64,000 nucleotides of DNA, from NCBI GenBank assembly GCA_964524845.1, contig CAZGFX010000003.1, positions 31,051 to 95,050 on the forward strand. The letters are read 5' to 3'. The position numbers were made by a program, and so were the translations under genes. Each line of letters starts with the position of its first letter. Within the stretch, counting starts at the first letter, position 1. Positions 50,994-60,806 of this stretch are shown here, piece by piece. This stretch comes from an uncultured Gammaproteobacteria bacterium. GTDB taxonomy: Bacteria > Patescibacteriota > Patescibacteriia > CAZGFX01. The notes beneath the pieces were generated by a model. It made no database searches. It had not been told where the DNA came from and saw nothing but the letters and a program-made list of their open reading frames with translations.

Positions 50994-53006
50994 ATGAATG
51001 TCACTGAACTTGCCAGAATTTTAAATCTTCCAACCAAACTTCTCCTCAAAAAACTTCCGGAGCTTGGTTTTCATATTGGAACAAAAGCGATAAAAGTAAA
51101 TGACAAGCTCGTACCGAAAATTATGGAGGCTTTCAAAGGCGATGAAAAGCGCCAACGAGAGGCAGTTGAACAAGCGAAAATACGTGAAATAAGAAAAGAA
51201 AAACGCAGAAAAGGAGAATCTGTCGAATTTGAAAAACATGTTTCTATTCCGTCAAAAATATCCGTACGCGATTTTGCCACATCACTTAATTTACCAGTCG
51301 CGAAAGTAATAGGAGAACTCATGATGAATGGTGTCATGGCATCGCTCAATCAAGAAATTGATTTTGATATCGCGACAATCATCGCCGAGAATTTCGGATT
51401 TGGAGTATCTCGCGCAGAAGACACGGAGAAAATTGACACTCGTGAAGAAACCGCGGCGAAAAGAATCACCGACATAAAAATGGAAGACCTCGAAAAAGGC
51501 GTCTCTCGTCCCCCTGTTATAGTTATTATGGGACATGTTGATCATGGGAAGACATCGCTTCTCGATGCGATTCGTAGCACGGACGTAGTTGCTACTGAAA
51601 GCGGAGGAATTACACAACGTATCGGAGCATATCAAATTCACAAGAATGGACGTTTAATTACATTTCTCGATACACCTGGACACGAGGCATTTCGTGCAAT
51701 GAGATCGCGCGGCGGAAGAATTGCCGACATAGCGATTCTTGTTGTGTCCGCAGATGATGGTATTCAACCACAAACACTCGAGTCGATTAATATTATTCAA
51801 AAAGAAAATCTGCCATACGTCGTAGCAATAAACAAAATAGATAAACCAGGAGCTGATATCGACAGAATAAAATCTCAACTCTCTGAAATTAACCTAACTC
51901 CAGATGATTGGGGAGGAAAAACAATGTGTGTTCCGATCTCGGCAAAGAAAAACGAGCACATTGATACACTGCTTGATACGGTGCTTATTGTGGCCGATAT
52001 TGAGAATTTTTTAGCCGACCCTGACAAGGGCGCTTTTGGCACTGTTATCGAATCTCACGTTGATAAAGGAGAAGGTCCTGTGGCTACAATTCTTGTTCAA
52101 TCAGGAACTCTTCGAATAGGAGATTTCGTAAGAGCGGGGAATGTTTTTGGAAAGGTAAAAACAATGATCGATTCTTTCGGAAAACAAGTTACAGAAGCAA
52201 CGCCATCCACTCCTGTTAAACTTCTTGGTTTAAAAGAAATACCTTCAGTCGGGGAACTTGTTGAAAGCACAAATAACGATGAACAAATTCGCGAATGGAA
52301 AAAGAATTCAAAAAACACAAAGAAAGTATTTAGAACAATGGAACACTCGCAAACAACATCGTCTCAACAAGAATGTGAAAACAAAGACGATGATCAAAAA
52401 AGACTAGCGGTTATCGTAAAAGGAGATGTGTTCGGATCGGTAGGCGCAATTGTCGATTCAATTAAAAAAATGGATACTCACAATATTATACGAGTTATCA
52501 AACAAGGGCTTGGAAATATAAATGATTCGGATATTATTGCCGCGGACACTTCACATGCGATCGTCGTTGGTTTCAAGGTGAAAATAGACCGAGATGTCGC
52601 TTTGTTCGCAAAAGAAAAGAAAGTTGATTGTCAAACATATGATGTCATTTATCAGTTGCTTGATTATGTGAAAACAGAAGCCGAAAAACTTCTTGAAAAA
52701 GAAATTGTACGCAAAGAAGTTGGCAAACTAAAGGTACTTGAGATCTTTCGAACAGAAAAGAAATTTGTTGTTATTGGAGGACAAGTCCTTGATGGTATTG
52801 TGTTCGCGAATTGCAAAGGAAAGATACTTCATAACAACGAGTGTGTTGGTTGGAGTACGATAGAATCTCTTCGATCAGGAAAAGAAGAGGTAAAAGAAGT
52901 CGCACAAGGAGCAGACGCTGGCATCAGACTTGCTTTCACTGATAAAATTATTCCAGGAGACATAATAGAATTTTTTACAGAAGAAGAAATTAAAAGGAAA
53001 TTATAG
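50994..53006 (+). CDS. infB: Translation initiation factor IF-2
   Basis: GHVDHGKTSLLD G1 motif, DTPGH and NKID, and IF-2 C-terminal domains. Confidence 0.95.
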   Translation: MNVTELARILNLPTKLLLKKLPELGFHIGTKAIKVNDKLVPKIMEAFKGDEKRQREAVEQAKIREIRKEKRRKGESVEFEKHVSIPSKISVRDFATSLNLPVAKVIGELMMNGVMASLNQEIDFDIATIIAENFGFGVSRAEDTEKIDTREETAAKRITDIKMEDLEKGVSRPPVIVIMGHVDHGKTSLLDAIRSTDVVATESGGITQRIGAYQIHKNGRLITFLDTPGHEAFRAMRSRGGRIADIAILVVSADDGIQPQTLESINIIQKENLPYVVAINKIDKPGADIDRIKSQLSEINLTPDDWGGKTMCVPISAKKNEHIDTLLDTVLIVADIENFLADPDKGAFGTVIESHVDKGEGPVATILVQSGTLRIGDFVRAGNVFGKVKTMIDSFGKQVTEATPSTPVKLLGLKEIPSVGELVESTNNDEQIREWKKNSKNTKKVFRTMEHSQTTSSQQECENKDDDQKRLAVIVKGDVFGSVGAIVDSIKKMDTHNIIRVIKQGLGNINDSDIIAADTSHAIVVGFKVKIDRDVALFAKEKKVDCQTYDVIYQLLDYVKTEAEKLLEKEIVRKEVGKLKVLEIFRTEKKFVVIGGQVLDGIVFANCKGKILHNNECVGWSTIESLRSGKEEVKEVAQGADAGIRLAFTDKIIPGDIIEFFTEEEIKRKL

Positions 53007-53134
53007 TTTCATATATTTTTTATTATCTTGAGACATAAGAGGCGTATAACAACGTCTTTTTTCGTAAATATAATCACATAGTCGGCTCTTTTTTTGCTGG
53101 ACAAACCCGAAACAAGATAGTAATATCAATTATT

Positions 53135-53509
53135 ATGAATGACCGAGTCGAAAAATTAAATTCGTTTTTTTATCACGAACTCACGGAACTGTGCGCTCGA
53201 GAACTTGAAATTCCATCTGATGCACTTCTATCAATAACACGAGTAGACATAAGCGGAGGATTGGAATCTGGCACCGTATATATCAGTGTCCTTCCTAAAA
53301 GCAAAGAAGAAGAGGTTGTTTCGATTCTAAAAAGAGACTGGAAGAAAATTACGCATCTTCTCGCAAAAAAAACATCTTTCCTCAGACGTCTTCCACACTT
53401 AATGTTTGAGATAGACAAAGAAGCTGCAAAAATTTATGTGGTCGAGGAAATCATAACAAAAATAAACAAGCCTGAAACAAGAAAAAAAATAAAGCGAGCA
53501 AAAAAATGA
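53135..53509 (+). CDS. rbfA: Ribosome-binding factor A
   Basis: Position after infB, the right size, and a KH-like ...ITRVDISGGLESGTVYISVL... core. Confidence 0.65.
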   Translation: MNDRVEKLNSFFYHELTELCARELEIPSDALLSITRVDISGGLESGTVYISVLPKSKEEEVVSILKRDWKKITHLLAKKTSFLRRLPHLMFEIDKEAAKIYVVEEIITKINKPETRKKIKRAKK

Positions 53510-53521
53510 TGGAACGCGCAT

Positions 53522-54466
53522 ATGTTTCATACTGATATTCGAAAATGTTTAACTGCAATAAACACGGCACACTCCGTGCTTTTGATCATGCACAAAAACC
53601 CAGACGGGGACACGACCGGATCAGCTCTTGCACTGGCACAGTACTGCGATAAAATAGGAGTTATTTTTGATATTATTTGTAAAGATATTGCTCCCGAACA
53701 TTTTTCTTTTCTGCCTTTGTTTTCTCGCATCAAACTTCCAAATGAAGTTTCGATAAAAACATACGATACTATTATCGTATGCGATTCCGGATCTCTTTCT
53801 TTTGCAGGCGTTGAAGAAATCATTACACCCATGAAAGGTGTTGCGACAATTATTAATATTGATCACCACGCGACAAACGATATGTTTGGAAATATTAATA
53901 TAGTCATGTCTGAAAAAAGCTCAACATGCGAAGTTGTTTCGTATATTTTTAATGAAACAGGAGTCGAAGTCTCCTCCGGAATTGCGACTTGCTTACTGAA
54001 CGGAATTATTACAGATACAGGATTTTTCAATAATGCAAACGCGAGTGCTGAAACACTTGCGTGCGCTGCCAAATTACTAAAAGCAGGTGCACGATACAAT
54101 ACCATTACGAAAAAAATATTTGAGGACAAAAATCAAGAAACACTTCTCGCTTGGGGAGATGTACTTAGTAATATAGAGATCAATAAAAAATATAATACTG
54201 CTTTTTTGTGTATACCTTTTGAGCTTGGCGAACAAACCTCAGGACTTTCAAATTTTCTTATGAACATAGACGGCGTGGAAAGAGTTTTGGTATTAAAAGA
54301 TCTCGGAAATGGCACCATCAAAGGCAGTTTACGAACAACAAATACTCGCGGAAACGTGAAAAAGCTCGCTGAGTTTCTTGGTGGCGGAGGGCATGTGATG
54401 GCTTCTGGTTTTGTAATTCCTGGAAAACTCGTATCCGACGAGACCGGTAAATGGCGTGTCGAATAG
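53522..54466 (+). CDS. nrnA: DHH-family phosphoesterase (NrnA-like nanoRNase / pAp phosphatase)
   Basis: HKNPDGDTTGSALAL, DHHATN and GGGGHVMASG (DHHA1) motifs are all intact. Confidence 0.8.
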   Translation: MFHTDIRKCLTAINTAHSVLLIMHKNPDGDTTGSALALAQYCDKIGVIFDIICKDIAPEHFSFLPLFSRIKLPNEVSIKTYDTIIVCDSGSLSFAGVEEIITPMKGVATIINIDHHATNDMFGNINIVMSEKSSTCEVVSYIFNETGVEVSSGIATCLLNGIITDTGFFNNANASAETLACAAKLLKAGARYNTITKKIFEDKNQETLLAWGDVLSNIEINKKYNTAFLCIPFELGEQTSGLSNFLMNIDGVERVLVLKDLGNGTIKGSLRTTNTRGNVKKLAEFLGGGGHVMASGFVIPGKLVSDETGKWRVE

Positions 54467-54523
54467 CCTTTTTGCTCCATAAATATTTTTATGATACAGT
54501 ACGCTTACATTATTTAAAAACGT

Positions 54524-55105
54524 ATGAATCTTATACCAACAGTTATAGAAAAAACCCACGAAGGAGAGCGTGCTTATGATATTTACTCTCGCCTTCTTAA
54601 GGATCGAATCATTATACTTACAGGGCCCATCAATGATGTTGTCGCGAGCACTGTCATAGCTGAGCTTCTATATCTCGAATCACTTGATCAAAAATCAGAT
54701 ATAAAAATGTACATTCAAAGCCCAGGCGGATCAGTAAGTGCCGGACTTGCTATATTCGACACGATGAATCTCATTAAATGCGATGTATCGACTATTTGTA
54801 TAGGATTTTGCGCAAGTATGGCATCGCTACTTCTTGCAAATGGAAAAAAAGGAAAGCGCTTCGTGCTTCCAAACGCAGAAATTATGATTCATCAACCATG
54901 GGGCGGTATGGAAGGAACTGCTTCTGATATACAGATTCACGCAGAAAATATTATAAATACGAAAAAGAAACTTAACGAACTTCTTTCGAAGATCACAGGA
55001 CAAACATTTACAACTATTGAAAAGGACACTGATAGAGATAATTTTTTCTCAGCAAAGGATGCCATCAAGTATGGACTTGTTGATAAGATGATAGGAGGAA
55101 AATAG
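54524..55105 (+). CDS. clpP: ATP-dependent Clp protease proteolytic subunit
   Basis: Canonical [19 protein letters not shown] (Ser), MIHQP (His) and an Asp further downstream. Confidence 0.9.
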   Translation: MNLIPTVIEKTHEGERAYDIYSRLLKDRIIILTGPINDVVASTVIAELLYLESLDQKSDIKMYIQSPGGSVSAGLAIFDTMNLIKCDVSTICIGFCASMASLLLANGKKGKRFVLPNAEIMIHQPWGGMEGTASDIQIHAENIINTKKKLNELLSKITGQTFTTIEKDTDRDNFFSAKDAIKYGLVDKMIGGK

Positions 55106-55117
55106 TTTTAAAAACTT

Positions 55118-55262
55118 ACACTGAACGAAGCGAACGCAGTAAGGATGAGACCTCTTCCTTCGGTCGAGGTGACAGTGTTGAGCGAAGCGAACGTAGTAAG
55201 GATGAGACCTCTCCCTTTGGTCGAGGTGACAATGTTGAGCGTAGCGAATGTGCCAAAAAAAA
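55118..55262. repeat. Family-B element: about 2.3 tandem 57-60-bp units
   Basis: AGCGAAGCGAACGYAGTAAGGATGAGACCTCTYCCTTYGGTCGAGGTGACARTGTTG repeated. It is the reverse complement of the 60070-60130 region. Confidence 0.85.
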
Positions 55263-55265
55263 TTG

Positions 55266-55300
55266 CCCAGTCTTTTTATAAGACTGGGCTTTGTTTTCTA
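55266..55300. terminator. Bidirectional intrinsic terminator
   Basis: gcccagtctttttataagactgggc hairpin flanked by A-runs and T-runs. Confidence 0.55.
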
Positions 55301-55308
55301 GAAGAAAT

Positions 55309-56097
55309 CTACACCTTTTGAGGCGCAGGTTTCTTTTTCACGATTTTTTCTTTCTTTTCGAGTTCGGTTTTTTTGACCTCTTCCGAAACAACCACAACAG
55401 GCGGAACAGGAGTGGTTTCAGCAACGGCTTTTTTAACGGCCGCGGAAACTTCTTCATCTCGTTGTTGCCCGAAAACACTTTTCATAAGTTTGTTTTCTGG
55501 AGATACGATTTTCTCGTATTTATCAGAGATGATAGTTTTGTCTCCGTTTCGCTCAAGAACCTTGATTTTGTTTTCCGAGTCCGTGAAAGAAAGGAACCCG
55601 AACTCAAAAAATTCTTTAGAAAAACCTTTGGTGGCCGAGAAAACCGCATCTTTGGAATCCAGGTCTTCAACAGATTTTTTGAGACATCTGCCGAGTGTCA
55701 GAATACCCGACGGCTTTTCGTTCGTGTCTTCAAGAAAAACTACATAGTCGCCGTAATCCTCATATATGGATGCGCGACACGGGTTTTTCCAAATTTCCGG
55801 CATTATGACGTCCAAAACACCACCGTGTTTTTTGATCGTCTTGAATTTCTTCAAAAAACCGGACCTTGTGTCATAAACAGTAGCAAAAACATCATCGGAT
55901 CCGTCTTTTTTTCTGATGACACAACGGTATCCAACCGCTTCGACCTCCTGTTTATTACCGGGAATGCGAACCATCCACGTGTCTTCCGAAAAAGACAGCG
56001 TGTCTTCATCTGTCTTTCTAAAAGGCTTGAAATAACAAATGAATCCACGAACAATAGTGTCTCGCATTTTCCTGAAATTCGCTTTTAAAGTTTCCAT
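55309..56097 (-). CDS. Hypothetical protein (262 aa, Lys/Pro/Val-rich C-terminal tail)
   Basis: Preferred over the antisense ORF 55291..56088, which is Phe-rich and AT-skewed and so looks like a shadow ORF. Confidence 0.5.
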   Translation of the reverse strand: METLKANFRKMRDTIVRGFICYFKPFRKTDEDTLSFSEDTWMVRIPGNKQEVEAVGYRCVIRKKDGSDDVFATVYDTRSGFLKKFKTIKKHGGVLDVIMPEIWKNPCRASIYEDYGDYVVFLEDTNEKPSGILTLGRCLKKSVEDLDSKDAVFSATKGFSKEFFEFGFLSFTDSENKIKVLERNGDKTIISDKYEKIVSPENKLMKSVFGQQRDEEVSAAVKKAVAETTPVPPVVVVSEEVKKTELEKKEKIVKKKPAPQKV

Positions 56098-56264
56098 GAC
56101 AAACTCCTTTTTTTGTTTGGTTTTTTGTTTGGTTTTTTTGTTTGTTTATTTTTCTTATAGAACCCTCAATCGTTTTTAGAGATTGAGGAGTCAAAAGATA
56201 AATAATTTTTTAAGGAACTAAGTGTCAAAGTTTTAACTAAGACACTAAGCTTCTGAGGACTTAA

Positions 56265-56828
56265 TTAGTCGCAAACACACAACAAACAGTGGCCGAACCA
56301 CTCGCTCCCGAAGTAACCGAGACGGAAGTCCGATGTACCATCTGAGCCGTGGTACACGTACGGCACCCTGTGGTTGCCATCGGTGTCTTGCCAAAGAACA
56401 TTTTTTTCATCGAAAGACAATATCTGTTTGTTTATTGGAAAAACATCTTTTTTCAAATCATATACAAGCAGAAGACCTTGTGCACCGACTAATAGTGCTT
56501 TTGTTTTTTTCAAGAAATCAATACAATCTTCAGTCGATACTGTTTGTAATATCGGGAAGATTTTTACTATATAGGTCTTTCCTGGTATGAGTTTGTACGA
56601 TACTTTCGAGAAGTTTTCATCTGTCAAACCATCACTGTAACAATACGTGTCTGATAAACCATTTGTTTTTTCAGCAAAAGCAGCGAGCCACGTATCGTGG
56701 TCATAGTCTGAGGGAATCGTGATTTTGAATTCATTAATTGCAGGACCGAAACACTCATCAACAGACGAATAACCAATAAACGACACAACAAACAATGTTG
56801 CGATAGTTAAGAACAACAGCTTTTTCAT
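56265..56828 (-). CDS. Hypothetical secreted protein
   Basis: Signal peptide. 187 aa. Confidence 0.5.
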   Translation of the reverse strand: MKKLLFLTIATLFVVSFIGYSSVDECFGPAINEFKITIPSDYDHDTWLAAFAEKTNGLSDTYCYSDGLTDENFSKVSYKLIPGKTYIVKIFPILQTVSTEDCIDFLKKTKALLVGAQGLLLVYDLKKDVFPINKQILSFDEKNVLWQDTDGNHRVPYVYHGSDGTSDFRLGYFGSEWFGHCLLCVCD

Positions 56829-56987
56829 TTCAATTCTCCTTTTTTTGGTTTTTTGGTTTTTTGTTTATTTTGTTATCGTGTAATGATAGCACGTTGGGAT
56901 ATTAATGTCAAGTGTATAAATATGGCTAAAAACAGCCTAGAAATACAGTACGGCTTTATAAAAAATATAAAATAGTATAAAATTCAA

Positions 56988-57482
56988 GTGACGAAAAGAC
57001 TCGAAATTCAAATAAAAAACAAGGTAGTAAAGATGAAGCCGTCTAATTCAAAAAAGGAAACCAAAATTCAATTCATCGGAAAAACAGACTTGATTGCAAA
57101 AGAAATTGGCATTTCAAAAAAAAACGTAGAATACTTTATTTCTTGCATGTACAACAGAGAACACCTAGATAATTTAGAACTGAGAGTTTTGTTTTATACC
57201 TTCAGAGTATGGTGTCCAGAACTTGGCATATGTCTCGAAAAACCACTATCAGAAAAAGCCACGGCAATTGCAATTCACGAAGAAATGGAAGCAGAGGATA
57301 TAATAAAAATAAAAAACCACGCGATTGAAAAAATAAAAACATATATCCGAATTACACGTAAATCAAGAGATGAAAACAAGTATGACATTTCGTTCGATGA
57401 CACTTTGTTGGAAAAAGAATTAGAAAGTATTCCTGCCCCAGAACAAAAAAGATTTTTTAAATTTATCGAACAATTCACTTAA
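56988..57482 (+). CDS. Hypothetical protein
   Basis: 164-aa ORF. The start may instead be the internal Met MKPSNS. Confidence 0.45.
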   Translation: MTKRLEIQIKNKVVKMKPSNSKKETKIQFIGKTDLIAKEIGISKKNVEYFISCMYNREHLDNLELRVLFYTFRVWCPELGICLEKPLSEKATAIAIHEEMEAEDIIKIKNHAIEKIKTYIRITRKSRDENKYDISFDDTLLEKELESIPAPEQKRFFKFIEQFT

Positions 57483-57550
57483 TAAATATTGAACATTATT
57501 TAAAATAAAAATACCATTTTATAAAAACGGTATTTTTTTATTTAAAAATT

Positions 57551-58870
57551 CTACAAAAAATACTTTTTAAAATACTCTATTCCCTCCTCCTTTGTAAAAA
57601 AACGTCTATCAAGCTGTGCTTCAAATACTCTCTCGAGCATATCTCCTAGCAGTGGGCCGGCGCCAACACCAAGCGGAATGATGTCTCGCCCCGAAACAAG
57701 CGGGAAAACAGGAGAAGACATAACACCAAGAAGTTTTGCTCTATTAATACAATCATCGACAACTGTCATTCTTGATGGACATTCGGTTTTCGCATATGCT
57801 CTCCATAATATTTCAACATCCGAAATAGTCGCTGGATTAAGGGACACGCTTATTTTCAATATTTCCGAATCAGACACAATCTCTCTTTTACAAGCATAAT
57901 CAACGTGCTGAGCAAGTTTCATTATTGATAGAAAACGATCTCTTGAAAAAACAAACTCGTGCAAAAACCTCTGCAAATATGATGAATCAAACAAACAACA
58001 AACAGCACATATAAGTACAGAAAACGGATCACGAGAAACTATTCCGTTCGCTATGTACTCAGCCGAATGATCAACAAACTTCTTTACACGATCCCAAACA
58101 TGCGGAACCTGTGCTATGTGTTTATAATATTCCGGATGTAGTTTTTCTAATATAGAAAGCTCTTTCATTGCTTCAAGACCAAGACTTGGTGTTCGTGATT
58201 TCAAAAGAAGCTTAAACCATTCTTCCGTCACTCTCTCACGAGACAGTTCATGAAGCGGCATTGTTCTACACAACTCCTTTGTTTTCTCATCTATTGTAAA
58301 ACCAAATCTTCCGGCAAATTGTGCGGCGCGGAGCGCGCGAAGTGGATCATCTCCGAACAACACAGAATCTACCGCTCTTATTATATGCGCGCGGATATCA
58401 TCGACTCCGCCATACTCATCAATAATAGCTCCGGACAGCGGATCAAAAAGAAGCGAGTTCATAGTGAAATCGCGCCTCCGCGCCGCATCTCTGTACTCCA
58501 TATACGGATCATAAGTTACGGTAAATCCGGTATGTCCGTGTCCTGATTTTGAATCGCGACGAGGCAATGAAACATCAATTTCTCCTACTTTTAAAACTCC
58601 GAAACTAGCTCCAATCATGTTCGTACCACCAAACAAAGATAGAATATCATGAAGTGTTTCCGGTGAAAGCCCATAAACTTCCAAATCAATATCCTTGTTT
58701 TCTATTTTATTACCCATCGTAGAAAGCACCTCATCTCGAACATATCCTCCAACAACAAAAGCCCTTCCGCCCTTATCGCGCACAAGTTCTGAAATACGAA
58801 TAACCAGCTCCAATAAACGAGAATATTCGGGATCTGTGCTATATACAAGCTTTTCTTTGAACGTTTGCAT
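57551..58870 (-). CDS. cca: CCA-adding enzyme / poly(A) polymerase-family tRNA nucleotidyltransferase with HD domain
   Basis: RAFVVGGYVRDEVL...DIDLEVYG nucleotidyltransferase head and a C-terminal HD-like region. Confidence 0.8.
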   Translation of the reverse strand: MQTFKEKLVYSTDPEYSRLLELVIRISELVRDKGGRAFVVGGYVRDEVLSTMGNKIENKDIDLEVYGLSPETLHDILSLFGGTNMIGASFGVLKVGEIDVSLPRRDSKSGHGHTGFTVTYDPYMEYRDAARRRDFTMNSLLFDPLSGAIIDEYGGVDDIRAHIIRAVDSVLFGDDPLRALRAAQFAGRFGFTIDEKTKELCRTMPLHELSRERVTEEWFKLLLKSRTPSLGLEAMKELSILEKLHPEYYKHIAQVPHVWDRVKKFVDHSAEYIANGIVSRDPFSVLICAVCCLFDSSYLQRFLHEFVFSRDRFLSIMKLAQHVDYACKREIVSDSEILKISVSLNPATISDVEILWRAYAKTECPSRMTVVDDCINRAKLLGVMSSPVFPLVSGRDIIPLGVGAGPLLGDMLERVFEAQLDRRFFTKEEGIEYFKKYFL

Positions 58871-58971
58871 GATATAAGTTTACAACAAAATACATAAATC
58901 AGCCACGAGCTAGATTATTAATTGTAAAAAATAAAAACGCCCATCGTGTATGAACGACGGGCATTATAAAA

Positions 58972-59706
58972 TTACAATGTCGCTTGACGCATAAACAAAG
59001 AACAATTTCGAAGAAATATTTCTTTCTCAAAACACTTAAATAATTCGCTCATGCTCGGACAATGAACAACGCAAGTTTTATTTGAAACAAAATTTCTTTC
59101 CGTAACGAGATAAACTGTTCCCTTGTACTCATAATGAATTGTTTCAGAAAGTCTCATACTGTCATCAACAATTCCTAGAATCGATGGAAACATGTCGTGT
59201 AATATAGATGATTTCCATTCCTCAATAAAATTAAATGGAACTGTGTTTGGACGTGCAATAATAGGAAGATCCGGATATCCATGATCAGACAAAAAACCTT
59301 TCGTTCCTTCTAAAACATCAACTGGTCGACCTGTAATATATGCAACAAATGGTACTCTGTGTTGATGAATACTCCAAATGATTTGCGGAACACCTAGTTT
59401 TACTGGAATAATTCTCTGTTCTTCATTATTAAACAATATCTGATATAAAAATGTATGTACTTTTTCTTTATTCCAATATGTAGGAGTAGGCTCCGTACCA
59501 TACCCATACTTTTTAAACATTTCTTCAGGGGACAATCTTTCGGGATTTCCAAACTTGTCCATTACTTTTTTAATCGAATGCTGTGGTGTATTTGTCAAAA
59601 TTCCATCAATATCGCATGCAAATCCTGCAGGAGCCAGCCCAAACTCATAATTCCTCTTTAAACCAGCGAGCACTTCTTTGTTGTGCTTATCAAAAAACTG
59701 TGCCAT
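58972..59706 (-). CDS. Hypothetical protein with a HAD-like motif I (CDIDGILT)
   Basis: DxDG(T/I)L motif near the N-terminus. The rest is unassigned. Confidence 0.4.
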   Translation of the reverse strand: MAQFFDKHNKEVLAGLKRNYEFGLAPAGFACDIDGILTNTPQHSIKKVMDKFGNPERLSPEEMFKKYGYGTEPTPTYWNKEKVHTFLYQILFNNEEQRIIPVKLGVPQIIWSIHQHRVPFVAYITGRPVDVLEGTKGFLSDHGYPDLPIIARPNTVPFNFIEEWKSSILHDMFPSILGIVDDSMRLSETIHYEYKGTVYLVTERNFVSNKTCVVHCPSMSELFKCFEKEIFLRNCSLFMRQATL

Positions 59707-59792
59707 TCAAGCCCCCTTTTTGTTATCTTAATTAATGTTTTTTAATAGATTACACTACGGATGATTTTAGGTCAAAGCGATTTTGGTTTCGT

Positions 59793-59821
59793 TTGATTTT
59801 TTGGCTGTTTATCAATACAAT
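59793..59821 (+). promoter_or_regulatory. Promoter for tRNA-Leu (TTGATT-17-TACAAT)
   Basis: Directly read, about 20 nt upstream of the tRNA 5' end. Confidence 0.5.
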
Positions 59822-59841
59822 ACACCTGTATTTCATACTAC

Positions 59842-59924
59842 GCCGCGGTGGTGAAATTGGTATACACGCATGCCTTAGGAGCATGTGCGAAAGCATGAGA
59901 GTTCGAGTCTCTCCCGCGGCACCA
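59842..59924 (+). tRNA. tRNA-Leu (TAG), class II with long variable arm
   Basis: GCCGCGG acceptor, CTTAGGA anticodon loop, variable arm TGCGAAAGCATG, GGTTCGAGTC T-loop, CCGCGGC-A-CCA. Confidence 0.85.
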
Positions 59925-60170
59925 TTCGATCGTCGCTCCGTTCCTCACTCATGGCAGAGCCACCAGAATTCATCGCTTTGCTCAACTCCCGCGAAGTGGG
60001 ATCCTACCTTGCGGGAATTGTCACCTCAGCCAACTTTGTCACATCGACCCACTTTGTCACCTCGACCAACATTGTCACCTCGAACGAATGTGAGAGGTCT
60101 CCCCCTCCGTATCACCTTGCCACATCTCGCTCGCACGAAAAAACTAAATTTTTCGTTCGAACGAGACGTT
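59925..60170. repeat. Family-B element immediately downstream of tRNA-Leu
   Basis: cgcgaagtgggatcctaccttgcgggaattgtcacctc, then iterated ttgtcacMtcgaNc motifs, then gtgagaggtctcc. The ORFs 59793..60208 and 59885..60208 inside it are spurious. Confidence 0.85.
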
Positions 60171-60218
60171 GCATAAACGGCGCACATTATCTGAAATTTT
60201 ATTTTTAATTTTAATAAC

Positions 60219-60617
60219 ATGGAAACAAACAAATTGCCACGCAACATAATTTTGGCTAGTATTTTATTAATAGCACTATCAATCAGCTATTATTATTTGA
60301 TTTTTCTGCCTCAAAAAGAAAATACTAGAATTAAAACCAACTGTATTGATAAGGTGCTTAAAGAAATGAAAGACGCTCATCCCAAAATGCAAACCGATGA
60401 GATTACTAATTTTAGAATTGCTAACGATAGAGGTTGCTTTATAGAGGCAGGTTGTATGCAAGGAGTACAAGATGCTAATTTCAAACCTAAATTTAGTGAA
60501 TGCAATAATGATTATTATAATTCTTGTTTATCTAATATAAAAAACCAGGCAGAAGAAATGATTCAGGCAGAAAAATCAAAAAGGATTAATGAATGCATTG
60601 ATCTTTATTCAAATTAA
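60219..60617 (+). CDS. Small secreted or anchored Cys-containing protein (AT-rich islet)
   Basis: N-terminal hydrophobic anchor and several Cys residues. The sequence is noticeably AT-richer than backbone genes. Confidence 0.5.
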   Translation: METNKLPRNIILASILLIALSISYYYLIFLPQKENTRIKTNCIDKVLKEMKDAHPKMQTDEITNFRIANDRGCFIEAGCMQGVQDANFKPKFSECNNDYYNSCLSNIKNQAEEMIQAEKSKRINECIDLYSN

Positions 60618-60806
60618 AATTAAAAGTAAAACATCATATAACACCAAATATACGACTATTCTTTTAAAAATATCTTAAATTTATTTTTCATTAATTATAG
60701 AGGGGTATAAGGTGTTTTCTCCGCGGAGTTTACCCCGCAACCAATGCGGGGCTACGAAAACGATTTATTTATAAGGGGAAAACAATTATAATAATTATAA
60801 CCAACC

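Noticed and set aside
55291-56088. Plus-strand 265-aa ORF antisense to 55309..56097
   Set aside because: Its Phe/Arg/Asn-rich composition is typical of a shadow frame. The minus-strand frame has ordinary composition and a matching downstream hairpin terminator.
59915-60010. Duplicated tRNA-Leu 3' end as an attL/attR core for the AT-rich islet
   Set aside because: Only an 8-nt match (ctcccgcg) was found downstream, too short to call. The distal end of the islet is outside the window, so integration cannot be shown.
59793-60247. ORFs 59793..60176, 59885..60208 and 60026..60247 (PTLSP/VTSTNIVTS repeats)
   Set aside because: They read through tRNA-Leu and the family-B iterated repeat. Their repetitive peptide sequence is just the DNA repeat translated.
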